Position numbers and translations under genes: made by a program. The notes under the pieces were generated by a model. The model made no database searches. It saw only the letters and a list, made by a program, of their open reading frames with translations, and had not been told where the DNA came from. Below, piece by piece: positions 27,169-36,769 of a stretch of DNA of 64,000 bases. Source of the DNA: Longimicrobiales bacterium (GTDB lineage: Bacteria; Gemmatimonadota; Gemmatimonadetes; Longimicrobiales; Gaopeijiaceae); NCBI GenBank assembly GCA_965248195.1, contig CBDFIQ010000002.1, positions 2,016,001-2,080,000 on the forward strand, written 5' to 3'. The first letter of the stretch is position 1, and each line of letters opens with the position of its first letter.

Positions 27169-29973
27169 CTAGTCCGCTGCGAGGGATGAGAGCTTCCCTC
27201 GCAGCTTGTTCAACTGCTCCTCGAAGCTGCTCTGCTTCTCGCGCTCCCGGTCCACGATGTCCGGGGGTGCGCCCTTGAGGAATCCGTCATTCGACAACTT
27301 CGTACGAGTGCCTTCGACTTGGGCGTCCAGCCGGTCGACCTCCTCCTGTAGCCGCTGGCGTTCCCGCGCGACGTCGATCACGCCTTCAAGCGGAATGAAT
27401 ACCTCCACCCCGTTCTTGAGGACCGCGTGGGCGCCCACCGCGCCGGTGCTACCGGCTGCGGGTCTATCTCCGTCCTCATTCAACTCACACGTGTCGACCC
27501 TGGCCAGCCGCTGAAGCGTGGCCCCCTGCTCCTCGACCACGGTCTTGAACGGACCCTCGACCCCACTCAGCGTCAGCGTGACGCCGCTCCCTTCGGGTAC
27601 GGAGTACTCCTTCCGGAGGCTGCGCACCTGTGTCACGAGTTCTTGAAGCTCGCCCAGGCGCCGCTCGGATTCCTCGTCGACCAGACTCCCGTCCAGCTCA
27701 GGCCAGGGCGCCACGACCAAGGCCTCCGGCCGGTCCGCTCCAGCGGGCCACGGCAGCCGTTCCCACAGGGCCGACGTGACGAAGGGAGTGAGGGGATGTA
27801 GTAGCCGCAGAATTCCGTCGAGCACGGCCACGAGCGTGGCCCGCGCCGCCTGGAGGCTCTCGTCCCCGGATTTCCCCTGCATGCGGGGTTTGATCAGCTC
27901 CAAATACCAGTCAGCGAAATCCCCCCACACGAAGTGATAGAGCCGCTCCGACACCTCGTGGAGGCGGAAGCGCTCGAGCCCCTCGCTCACGCCCTCCGTC
28001 GTCCGTTGCAGGCGCGACAGAATCCAACGGTCCTCGAGTTCCAATGCACCGCTCACGTCCGCCACGGTGGGGACCGGATCGTCGCCCAGCGTCATCAGGG
28101 CAAATCGCCCGGCGTTCCAAAGCTTGTTGGCGAAGTTGCGCCCCGGCGAGAAAGACCCTTCCAGGTCATCTTGATCGAGTTGGATGTCTGTCCCTACCGC
28201 CGCCGCCGAAAGAAGCGTAAAACGGAGGGCGTCCGCCCCGAAAAGGTCGACGACTTCGATGGGATCGATGCCGTTGCCGCGGGACTTCGACATCCTGCGC
28301 CCCAGCCTGTCCCGGACCGTCCCGTGCAGAAGCACCTGCGTGAATGGTGCCTCTCCCATGAACTCGTATCCGGCCATGATCATGCGAGCCACCCAAAAGA
28401 ACAGGATATCCGGTGCGGTGACCATGTCGTGCGTCGGATAGAAGGCATCGAGGTCGTCGGTTTCTTCCGGCCACCCAAACACGGAAAAGGGCCACAACCA
28501 AGAGGAGAACCAGGTGTCGAGCACGTCCGGGTCCCGCTCGAGCTCCGTGCCGCCACACGACGTGCACCGGTCGGGATCGTCCCGTGCGACGATCGTGGCC
28601 TCGCATGACGCGCAGTACCACACCGGAATTCGGTGGCCCCACCAGAGTTGCCGAGAAATGCACCAGTCCCGAAGGTTTTCCATCCAGGTCTCGTAGACCT
28701 TCTTCCAATGCGGAGGCGTGAAAGTAATGGTCCCGTCCCTCAAAGCCTCGAGCGCCGGCTCGGCGAGAGGCTTCATGCGCACAAACCACTGTAGGCTCAA
28801 GCGCGGCTCCACGATCGTGTGGCACCGATAACAATGAGGCACCGAGTGAACGTGGATCTCCTCCCCGCCGTAGAGACCGAGTGCTTCGAAGTCGGCGACC
28901 ACCTTCTTGCGGGCTTCGAACCGATCGAGCCCGCGGAAAGACGCGGGCGCGTTCTCACTCATCGTCGCCTCGTCTGTCATCACGTCGAGCATCGGCAAGC
29001 CGCTTCTCTGAGCCATCTCGAAGTCGTTCCCGTCGTGCGCGGGCGTGACCTTCACCAGCCCCGAGCCGAACGCTGGATCCACCAGCTCATCCGCGATGAT
29101 CGGGATGGTCCGGCCGGTCAGGGGCAGCTCGACCTCCGCCCCGACCAGACCGGCGTAACGCTCGTCCTCGGGGCTCACCGCCACACCGGAGTCCCCTAGC
29201 ATGGTCTCCGGCCGAGTCGTCGACACGGTGAGGTACCACCGCCCGTCAGAAAGTCTGCCGACGGCCTCCGCAGCGGTCTCCCTTGCCGCTGCCTGGGCGA
29301 CTGCCGCAGCTTGTGCGGCCTTGTCCGCCGCCGCCGAAGCAAACGGGTACCGCAGGTGGTAGAGCCTACCCTCGACCTCCTCGCCCTCGGCCTCTTCATT
29401 GGACAGCGCCGTCAGGCAGCGGGGGCACCAGTTGATGATGTACTCCCCCCGGTAGATCAGATCCTTCTCGTAGAGGCGCACGAATACTTCGCGGACCGCC
29501 CGGCTGAGCCCCTCGTCGAATGTGAAGCGGGTACGGTCGAAGTCGCAGCTCGACCCGATCACCTTGAGCTGCTCCAGGATCCGGCCTCCCGTCCCGTTCA
29601 CGTGCTCCCAAACCCGCTCGACGAAGGCTTCTCGGCCAAGATCGTGACGCGACGCCCCCTCCTCCGCCAACCTTCTTTCGACGATGTTCTGAGTCGCGAT
29701 CCCGGCGTGGTCGGTCCCCGGGACCCAGAGTGAGGCTCGGCCCTGCATTCGCCGCCATCGAACCATCACGTCCTGGATCGTATTGTTGAGCCCGTGACCC
29801 ATGTGAAGTATGTCGGTCACATTGGGTGGCGGAATCACGACGACGTACGGCTCCCGGCCACCGGACAACACGGACTCGGGCTCGATGTGGAAGTGCCCGG
29901 CCTCACTCCAGGAACGGTAGAGAGGCTCTTCGATGGTCTTGGGATCCAAGCGCGGTGGCAACGCGTCGGCCAC
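27169..29973 (-). CDS. valS: Valine-tRNA ligase
   Basis: PPPNVT..LHMGH, TTRPET, DWCISRQLWWGH, RMSKS. Confidence 0.98.
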   Translation of the reverse strand: MADALPPRLDPKTIEEPLYRSWSEAGHFHIEPESVLSGGREPYVVVIPPPNVTDILHMGHGLNNTIQDVMVRWRRMQGRASLWVPGTDHAGIATQNIVERRLAEEGASRHDLGREAFVERVWEHVNGTGGRILEQLKVIGSSCDFDRTRFTFDEGLSRAVREVFVRLYEKDLIYRGEYIINWCPRCLTALSNEEAEGEEVEGRLYHLRYPFASAAADKAAQAAAVAQAAARETAAEAVGRLSDGRWYLTVSTTRPETMLGDSGVAVSPEDERYAGLVGAEVELPLTGRTIPIIADELVDPAFGSGLVKVTPAHDGNDFEMAQRSGLPMLDVMTDEATMSENAPASFRGLDRFEARKKVVADFEALGLYGGEEIHVHSVPHCYRCHTIVEPRLSLQWFVRMKPLAEPALEALRDGTITFTPPHWKKVYETWMENLRDWCISRQLWWGHRIPVWYCASCEATIVARDDPDRCTSCGGTELERDPDVLDTWFSSWLWPFSVFGWPEETDDLDAFYPTHDMVTAPDILFFWVARMIMAGYEFMGEAPFTQVLLHGTVRDRLGRRMSKSRGNGIDPIEVVDLFGADALRFTLLSAAAVGTDIQLDQDDLEGSFSPGRNFANKLWNAGRFALMTLGDDPVPTVADVSGALELEDRWILSRLQRTTEGVSEGLERFRLHEVSERLYHFVWGDFADWYLELIKPRMQGKSGDESLQAARATLVAVLDGILRLLHPLTPFVTSALWERLPWPAGADRPEALVVAPWPELDGSLVDEESERRLGELQELVTQVRSLRKEYSVPEGSGVTLTLSGVEGPFKTVVEEQGATLQRLARVDTCELNEDGDRPAAGSTGAVGAHAVLKNGVEVFIPLEGVIDVARERQRLQEEVDRLDAQVEGTRTKLSNDGFLKGAPPDIVDREREKQSSFEEQLNKLRGKLSSLAAD

Positions 29974-29999
29974 GGTCGCTCCTGTCAGTTCGGGGAGTC

Positions 30000-30830
30000 C
30001 TACCGGCCGGAAGCTCCAGTCGTGTCGGACGCTGGGGGGTCCTCGCCCCGATCACCATCCCGCCGGCGCCGAATGGCTTCGGCGCGTTCCCTCCAACTCG
30101 ATCTCAGCGCTTGGACGTTGGCGCCGTTGAGGATGTCTTGATCCTCCCAAGCGCGGCGGCTCGCCACCTCCCTTTGCCAAGAGTTCCCTCTGAAATAGAA
30201 CGGCAGGGGAACCGTGATGTCGCCCAGGTGGAGCTGTCCCGGTGAGATGCCCCACCTCCGCCCCTGGTCATCGGTTGTGGTCCAGTCCGTGAGCGCCAAC
30301 TCCGCCGCGACGACTTCGGCGACCGAGTCGGTCCACTCTTCGAGTCGACCGGCCAGTTGGAGCTGCATCCTCTCGGCGTCGGTGAGCTCGAAGAGTTCGG
30401 GCATAGCCTCACGCCAGAGCCGTGCGTCAGAGCTCCGCACTCTCAATACCTCGGAGGCACGGCGGCGCCCAGGGGGCTCATCGAAATCGACACCGTCCGG
30501 AACGGGCGGGCCGACATCGGCGACCTCCGGCTGGAATTCGGCGGTCGGTTGGGAAGGGTCGTCAGGGGGCTCGGCGGTCAGGTCGGTGGGCTCGATCTCG
30601 ATCACCCGTACGATGCGCATGTCACTAAAAGCTCGAGAGGGCGAATCCACAGCCAAGAGGGTCTCCCGAGGACTCCACTGAGTGATGACCACGGAATAAA
30701 GTGCGATGACGCCGATGTGGAGGGCAGCCGACGCACCGATCCCTACGGCGAGGGCGCGCCTGTGCACCATGCCGCGATCTCTGGGCACGTCCCGCCCCGG
30801 GGAGCGGTCGGAATTCATCGGCGCTGTCAT
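30000..30830 (-). CDS. Membrane-anchored hypothetical protein (TonB-like anchor SAALH, Pro-rich linker)
   Basis: TM segment with SxxLH; DWTTTDDQGRRWGISPG. Confidence 0.7.
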   Translation of the reverse strand: MTAPMNSDRSPGRDVPRDRGMVHRRALAVGIGASAALHIGVIALYSVVITQWSPRETLLAVDSPSRAFSDMRIVRVIEIEPTDLTAEPPDDPSQPTAEFQPEVADVGPPVPDGVDFDEPPGRRRASEVLRVRSSDARLWREAMPELFELTDAERMQLQLAGRLEEWTDSVAEVVAAELALTDWTTTDDQGRRWGISPGQLHLGDITVPLPFYFRGNSWQREVASRRAWEDQDILNGANVQALRSSWRERAEAIRRRRDGDRGEDPPASDTTGASGR

Positions 30831-30885
30831 TTCCGTACTAACCCCCCTCAGCTGGGCGGTTCCTCCAAGAAGGAGTCGGCCATCG

Positions 30886-32055
30886 TTACCCCACCACGAG
30901 CCTCCCCAGCCGTGCAGCGGCCTCCCCCATCCGCTCCTCGTCCACCGTGAGGGCGATCCTGAAGAAGCCCTCTCCGCCGCCGCCGAGCGCGGCGCCCGGA
31001 AGCACGACCACCCCCTCTTCCTCCAGCGCCCGTTCGGCGAAAGCCAGCGAGGACCCGCCACCGGGAACCGGGACCCAAACGAACAACGTAGCCTTTGGCT
31101 CGGTGACGGTGAATCCGGCTTGCCTCAGCCCGTCGACGGCCACATCACGGCGGGCCTGAAATCGGGCCACATTTCCCGGCACCCATTGCTCGTACCCCGC
31201 GAGCGCAGCCGCCCCGGCGGCTTGAACCGCCTTGAAGACCCCCGTGTCCATAAACGTCTTCACTCTAGTAAGGCTCTCGATCAAGCCCGCGTTCCCGGCG
31301 ACCCACCCGAGCCGCCAGCCGGTCATATTATAGGTCTTGGAGAAGGAGTGAAACTCGAGCGCGACCCCGTCGGCTCCTTCGACCTCCAAGATGCTCGGCG
31401 GACGGTACCCGTTAAAGGCGATCTCGCTGTACGCGTGATCGTAGACAAGCACCGCATCGTGCTCTCGGCAGAAGTTCACCGCGTCCTCGAGATATTCGGG
31501 CGGAGCCGTCGCCGTTGTTGGATTGTTCGGATAGTTGAGGTACATCAGCCGAAGACGGGACCGTACCTCGTCCGGGATCTCGCCAAGTGGGATCAGGTAG
31601 TCGTTCTCAGAGCGCAAGGGCACCAGATACGGCTCCCCCCCGGCCAGGATGACGCCGCCCTGGTAGACCTGGTATCCGGGGTCGGGAATCACGGCGCCAT
31701 CGCCCGGATTGAGAAAGGCAAGGGGTAACTTGGCGATACCCTCCTTGGAACCCATGAGCGGCAAGATTTCGGCGTACGGGTCGAGGCTCACACCGAAGCG
31801 CTGGCTCATCCACATTGTGATGGCCTCTCGGAAGTCCGGCAGACCCACCTGAAACGGGTACCGGGACATGCCCCGCTCCGCCCCAGCCTCGGCCAACCTG
31901 CGAACGGCCTCGGGAGGTGGGTCCAGGTCGGGGTCCCCAACTCCAAGATCGATGACGTCGACGCCGGCGGCCTCCAGCCGCTTTCTGACCTCTCGAATAC
32001 CGGTCAGCGGGTACGCAGGTAGGTTCTGAAACCGCCGGCTCCGCTCAGGGGCCAA
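30886..32055 (-). CDS. Class I/II PLP aminotransferase, LL-diaminopimelate aminotransferase-like
   Basis: GSKEG, NYPNNPT, EFHSFSKTYNMTGWRLG. Confidence 0.88.
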   Translation of the reverse strand: MAPERSRRFQNLPAYPLTGIREVRKRLEAAGVDVIDLGVGDPDLDPPPEAVRRLAEAGAERGMSRYPFQVGLPDFREAITMWMSQRFGVSLDPYAEILPLMGSKEGIAKLPLAFLNPGDGAVIPDPGYQVYQGGVILAGGEPYLVPLRSENDYLIPLGEIPDEVRSRLRLMYLNYPNNPTTATAPPEYLEDAVNFCREHDAVLVYDHAYSEIAFNGYRPPSILEVEGADGVALEFHSFSKTYNMTGWRLGWVAGNAGLIESLTRVKTFMDTGVFKAVQAAGAAALAGYEQWVPGNVARFQARRDVAVDGLRQAGFTVTEPKATLFVWVPVPGGGSSLAFAERALEEEGVVVLPGAALGGGGEGFFRIALTVDEERMGEAAARLGRLVVG

Positions 32056-32677
32056 CGTCCCCTTCTCCCTCGACCGGATTACGGAGGATATCCAAGCCCT
32101 CCAGTTCGACCTCCACTTCATCCCCGGGCGAGAGCGAGCCCACGCCCTCGGGCGTGCCCGGCGACACGATGTCACCCGGCTCGAGCGTCATGATTCGGGT
32201 GATGTAGGAGATCAGGGCCGGTATTGAAAATACCATCTCCGATGCCTGCGCTCGCTGACGCTCTTCGCCGTTTACGCGGGTGACGAGCGTGACCCCCGGA
32301 AAATCGCCGGGGGAGACCGAAGACACTGCACCGATGGGGCAAAACGTGTCGAATCCCTTGGCCCTGGCCCACTGATCGTCGCTGGCCTGCAGATCTCGCG
32401 CTGTAACGTCGTTTAGCGGGACGACCCCATCAATCACGCTCCAGGCCTCGGCCTCCGACACGTGTCGAGCCTTCGTCCCGATCCGTACGGCGATCTCACC
32501 TTCGTAATGGACCCGGCCGACGGCTTTCGGCAACACGATGGAGTCCCCCGACGCGATGATGCTCGACGGCGGCTTCAGGAAGATCAACGGCTCGGAGGGG
32601 ACGGCACTACCGAGTTCGGCAGCGTGTGCTTTGAAGTTCTTGCCCACGCACACGACTTTTGTGGGAGGAGGAGTCAT
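32045..32677 (-). CDS. Fumarylacetoacetate hydrolase family protein
   Basis: FLKPPSS, HYEGE, NDVTARDLQ, KGFDTFCP, GTPEGVG. Confidence 0.94.
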   Translation of the reverse strand: MTPPPTKVVCVGKNFKAHAAELGSAVPSEPLIFLKPPSSIIASGDSIVLPKAVGRVHYEGEIAVRIGTKARHVSEAEAWSVIDGVVPLNDVTARDLQASDDQWARAKGFDTFCPIGAVSSVSPGDFPGVTLVTRVNGEERQRAQASEMVFSIPALISYITRIMTLEPGDIVSPGTPEGVGSLSPGDEVEVELEGLDILRNPVEGEGDVGP

Positions 32678-32696
32678 TCGCCGCGGCCGCCTGCCG

Positions 32697-32897
32697 TCAG
32701 TCCTCGATCGGCTGGGTGTGCAGCCATGTGCCGATGACCGCCCCCAGCCCGGCTATCGTGAGGAACGTGGCGATTACAGCCCACCAGAAGCCGATATCGG
32801 AATGACCGGCGGACCAACCGGTCGCAGAATCATCCCACGCGAAGCCGGCCAGCACAAGAATCCCGACGCCCGCCCCTATGCCCAAAACACGAGTCAT
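32697..32897 (-). CDS. Small two-TM membrane protein
   Basis: 66 aa, GAGG RBS, fills the gap in the operon. Confidence 0.7.
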   Translation of the reverse strand: MTRVLGIGAGVGILVLAGFAWDDSATGWSAGHSDIGFWWAVIATFLTIAGLGAVIGTWLHTQPIED

Positions 32898-32954
32898 ACG
32901 TCATCCCTCATGAAGAAACACGACCCCGGGTAAGACCCTGGGGACCGGCGGAAT

Positions 32955-35510
32955 CTATGGTCGCCCCGATGCGCCTGCCACCCCACCCTCGGCATAAAAC
33001 TCCTTCAGGCATCGGATCAGATCGGTCCACGGCCCCTTCCTCAGTGGAGCGGGGGGCAACGATTCCCGGAGGTATGCGCCGTAGCTCTTGCGGACGACGC
33101 GATCGTCGAGGATCAGGATCGCACCGCGATCCTCCCGGGATCTCACCAGCCGACCGAAGCCCTGTTTGAGCTTCAATGCCGCCAGCGGAAGCACGAACTC
33201 CGTGAACGAGCTGCCCCGCCGTCGTTCGATCGCTTCGATTCTCGCCGCCGTTATGGGCTCCGTCGGGACCTTGAACGGCAGTCGCTGGATGATGAGTCCC
33301 CTCAGAGCCCGCCCCGGCACGTCCACGCCCTCCCAGAACGACGCCGTTCCAAGCAGAATTCCCGAACCCGCCTCGATGAAGCCCTCCAGCAAGCGGACCC
33401 GCGTGTCCTCGCCCTGGACGAAGAGCGGCCATCGAACCGCCCCATCCTCGCGCAGCAATTCCGCGACCCGGCGGAGCGCACGGTGGGACGTGAACAGCAC
33501 GAAGGTCCCCCCGCCGGAGATGCTGCAGACCTCCCTGATCACCTCGGCCGTCGCCTCTTCGAAGACACCCCCTGGCTCATTCACATCGGGCAGATCCGTG
33601 GGAACAACCAATAGTGTCTGTTCCTTGAACGCAAACGGCGAGTGTATGATAGACTCTGTGACCTCTAGTTTTACATCAGACTCTGACAGGTCGCCCTCCT
33701 TCAAGCCGATCCGGCTTCGGAGGAAGCCGAAGGACGCCTTGGTCGCCAAAGTGGCGGAACACAGGGCCACGGACTCGACCTTCTCGAAGAGGTGCTCTCG
33801 AAGAAGGTCACCCACTTCGATGGGGGCGGAAGCGATCACGAGATTCCGGTTCTTTCCTCGCGCCTTACCCCGCCACTGCAGCCAGCGCACGAAGCGCTCC
33901 TCTTCCACGTCTGCGTCGAGAACGGTGTGAAGCGTGTGGGCTGAGTCCGCCAGGCGGCGCTCGCCACTCCGTAAATCCAACAGGCGTCCCTCCAATCCCT
34001 CGGCCAAGGTGTCGTGGTCCTCCAAGCGCTCCCGCACATCGCGCACCCCCCTTCCCAGCCGTCGAAAGGCCGACACCAGCCCGTCGAGGCGTTCGCGGAC
34101 GTCGGGTTGCGACGCGGGCTCGGGCATCTCGGCGGTACCGATCCGCACGGCACCCATCGCGTCGGATGGCAGAAGCGGCTCCAACGCGTCGAGGAACAGC
34201 GTAAGCCGGGCCCTGGCCTCCTCGAGAGCTGGACGCACCCGTTCCTCGATCCGTGATCTCAGCTCCATGGCCGGCTCTCGCTCCGTCCTGCCGGCCAGGG
34301 CATCCTGGAGCGCCGTAAGCACGCCCCGCCCACGGCGATCCAGGCGGGCCAACATCTGAAACATTCCGCGACGCGTGACTTCCAGTCCGAGATGTGACGT
34401 AGCCGCGTCCTCGATGTTGTGCGCCTCGTCGAGGATCAGATGTCTATACTCAGGGAGCACGGCGGAGGCCTTGTAGTTCTGTGTCGCGATTCGTACCGAG
34501 AGATCGCTGAAAAGAAGGTGGTGGTTGGTGATCAGCAGAGTCGCCGACGCCGCCCTACGCCGCGAGCGTTGGTAGAAGCACGCTTGAAAGTGAGGGCAGC
34601 GTGCGCGAAGACAGATGTCGGGGTCGCTTTTCACCTCGTCCCACACATCCTCGCCGGGCAGGAACGTGAGGTCGGCACGGGACCCGTCCTCCGTCCGGCC
34701 GATCCACTCGAGTAGCTGGTCCAACTCATCTGCACGATCGTCCGGAAAAAGAAGCGGGGCGGACTCTGCCGCCAGCCTGGCCCTCCGGATGGAGATGTAG
34801 TTCCCCCTCCCCTTGACGAGCTCCCAGTCGACCTCCTCCCCCACGAGCTTACGCACCAGCGGTAGGTCCTTGTCGTCCAGTTGCTCCTGGAGGTTGATCG
34901 TGTTGGTGGAGATCACCGTCCGCTCCCCGTTCCGCAGAGCCCACTCCGCCGACGGAATGAGGTAGGCCAGCGATTTGCCCGTGCCCGTACCCGCCTCGAC
35001 CAGTGTGACGCCGCCTCGGTTGTACGTCTCGGCGACTCGACGGAGCATGGCGCGCTGCCCCGGCCGGTCCTCGTACGCGGGATGTTCCTGCACGAGTGGG
35101 CCCGCCGGGCCGATCAGGGCCTCGAGTCGATCGATCTCCAGCGGCTGAACCACCCTCGGTTTCGGCGGCTCGACGACAACGAAAAGCCGACCTGCGTCGT
35201 TGTTGGTGATCGCGGTCCCGATGCCTTCTTCGTACAGGCGCGCCGCAACACTCAAGTCCGCGTCGGAGGGCTCCAGATCGCCGGAGGGATGGTTGTGGAT
35301 CATGACCGAGCCCTCATCCGCATCGCGGGCGGCGGCCAGCACCGCAGCATGGTTGCCGCGGGCGACTGCCCTCGGCTCCACCAGCATTCGATCAGGGTCG
35401 ACTCGAGCGAGAAAGCACACTTCCCTACCACCGGCCTTCCCCACCTCCGCCCGAATCTGTTCGGCGGCCGTCGGTGAGAGACGGAGATCGGACGTGGTTG
35501 AAGAGGGCAC
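32955..35510 (-). CDS. DinG/YoaA-family helicase with N-terminal JAB/MPN (RadC-like) domain
   Basis: HNHPSGDLEPSDAD; EAGTGTGKS, DEAH, FWEGVD, QGFGRLVR. Confidence 0.93.
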   Translation of the reverse strand: MPSSTTSDLRLSPTAAEQIRAEVGKAGGREVCFLARVDPDRMLVEPRAVARGNHAAVLAAARDADEGSVMIHNHPSGDLEPSDADLSVAARLYEEGIGTAITNNDAGRLFVVVEPPKPRVVQPLEIDRLEALIGPAGPLVQEHPAYEDRPGQRAMLRRVAETYNRGGVTLVEAGTGTGKSLAYLIPSAEWALRNGERTVISTNTINLQEQLDDKDLPLVRKLVGEEVDWELVKGRGNYISIRRARLAAESAPLLFPDDRADELDQLLEWIGRTEDGSRADLTFLPGEDVWDEVKSDPDICLRARCPHFQACFYQRSRRRAASATLLITNHHLLFSDLSVRIATQNYKASAVLPEYRHLILDEAHNIEDAATSHLGLEVTRRGMFQMLARLDRRGRGVLTALQDALAGRTEREPAMELRSRIEERVRPALEEARARLTLFLDALEPLLPSDAMGAVRIGTAEMPEPASQPDVRERLDGLVSAFRRLGRGVRDVRERLEDHDTLAEGLEGRLLDLRSGERRLADSAHTLHTVLDADVEEERFVRWLQWRGKARGKNRNLVIASAPIEVGDLLREHLFEKVESVALCSATLATKASFGFLRSRIGLKEGDLSESDVKLEVTESIIHSPFAFKEQTLLVVPTDLPDVNEPGGVFEEATAEVIREVCSISGGGTFVLFTSHRALRRVAELLREDGAVRWPLFVQGEDTRVRLLEGFIEAGSGILLGTASFWEGVDVPGRALRGLIIQRLPFKVPTEPITAARIEAIERRRGSSFTEFVLPLAALKLKQGFGRLVRSREDRGAILILDDRVVRKSYGAYLRESLPPAPLRKGPWTDLIRCLKEFYAEGGVAGASGRP

Positions 35511-35515
35511 GGGCC

Positions 35516-36769
35516 TCAGGTCTTGAGTTGCTGCTTCCTGGCCGCCGGGAAGAGGACGTTGTTCAGGATGAGCCGATACCCGGGAGAAGCGCGGTGCAGA
35601 TCCAGATCGGTGGGTGGGTCCCCGATCTGATGCTCCGGATCTTCGGGATCATGTCCGCCGAAATACGTCCAGGTCCCCTCTCCATAGTTACCGTGCACGT
35701 ACTTCGCAATGTCACCGTCCTTCGCCAGCACGATGGTGCCGGGCTTGAGCCGGTTCATCCGAAACGAGGTGGTGAGTCCATAGAAATCCGGAATCACCGC
35801 CACATGGTTCTGCGTGAGCATCGCGGGCACGGGATCGAATTTGGCCGAGAAGTCGAAGAGGGTGAACGCCCCAAGCTCGAGGCGCCAGGGCGTGTTCACC
35901 TGGTGTGCATCGATGTCGCTGAAGGCGTTCACGGACGAACCGGTCTGCACTACGCCATCCATAAAGGCCATTGCGAGATCCCATTCCATCCTGCTTGTAG
36001 CGTTCGGATCGGGCGGCGTCCCGTCCGCATACACGGCCGCGATGTCAGCGTGCTCGGCGCCGAGTGCGAGCTCGAGCGTCTCGGTGGCTGAACACATGGC
36101 CAACAGGAATCCGCCGTCTTCCACGTACTGACGGAGCTGCCGGGCGACGCCCTTCTTGAGGTCCGGCACACTCGCGAACCCCATCCGCTCCGCCATCTCT
36201 TCGTTCCGGGACACCTCTTCCTGGAGCCAGGCGGACCCGGCGTAGGTGATGAAAAACTTGGAGTACTGCCCGGTGAAGTCCTCGTGGTGCAGATGGAGCC
36301 ACTCGTACTCGTCCAGTCTCCCCCGGATGACGTCGTCGTCCCAGATGGTCTCGTACGGAATCTGAGCATACTCGAGCGCCATCGTGACGGCGTCGTCCCA
36401 CGGTGTGCTGTTAGGAGGCGTATAGATCGCCACCTTAGGCGCTTTTTCCAAGATGACCGTCTCCATGTTCGAATCGGCGATCACGGCTCGGATCCCCGCG
36501 ACGTCGGCGCCACTCACCACCTCGGTGGTGATGCCTCGCAGCGCAGCCTGGCGGCGTAGACCCTCCATGTTGGGCAACAGGAAGGATCCTCCCCTGTAAT
36601 TGAGCAACCACTCGGCCGCTCCGTACTGTTCGAGAGCCCAATAGGTGAGGCCGTACGCCTTGAGATGGTTCTCCTGCGAGCGATCCATAGGGACGAGCAA
36701 CGACTGGGCAGCTCCCGGCAACGGCCAGGTCAAGAACGCCAGGACCAACAGGGCCCGAACCATCCTCAT
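35516..36769 (-). CDS. Conserved exported protein (family often mislabelled asparagine synthetase B), GATase-like fold inferred
   Basis: Signal peptide; LKAYG, WLLNYRGGSF, LHLHHEDFTGQY, AMCSA, GGHDPED, LNNVLFPAA. Confidence 0.8.
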   Translation of the reverse strand: MRMVRALLVLAFLTWPLPGAAQSLLVPMDRSQENHLKAYGLTYWALEQYGAAEWLLNYRGGSFLLPNMEGLRRQAALRGITTEVVSGADVAGIRAVIADSNMETVILEKAPKVAIYTPPNSTPWDDAVTMALEYAQIPYETIWDDDVIRGRLDEYEWLHLHHEDFTGQYSKFFITYAGSAWLQEEVSRNEEMAERMGFASVPDLKKGVARQLRQYVEDGGFLLAMCSATETLELALGAEHADIAAVYADGTPPDPNATSRMEWDLAMAFMDGVVQTGSSVNAFSDIDAHQVNTPWRLELGAFTLFDFSAKFDPVPAMLTQNHVAVIPDFYGLTTSFRMNRLKPGTIVLAKDGDIAKYVHGNYGEGTWTYFGGHDPEDPEHQIGDPPTDLDLHRASPGYRLILNNVLFPAARKQQLKT

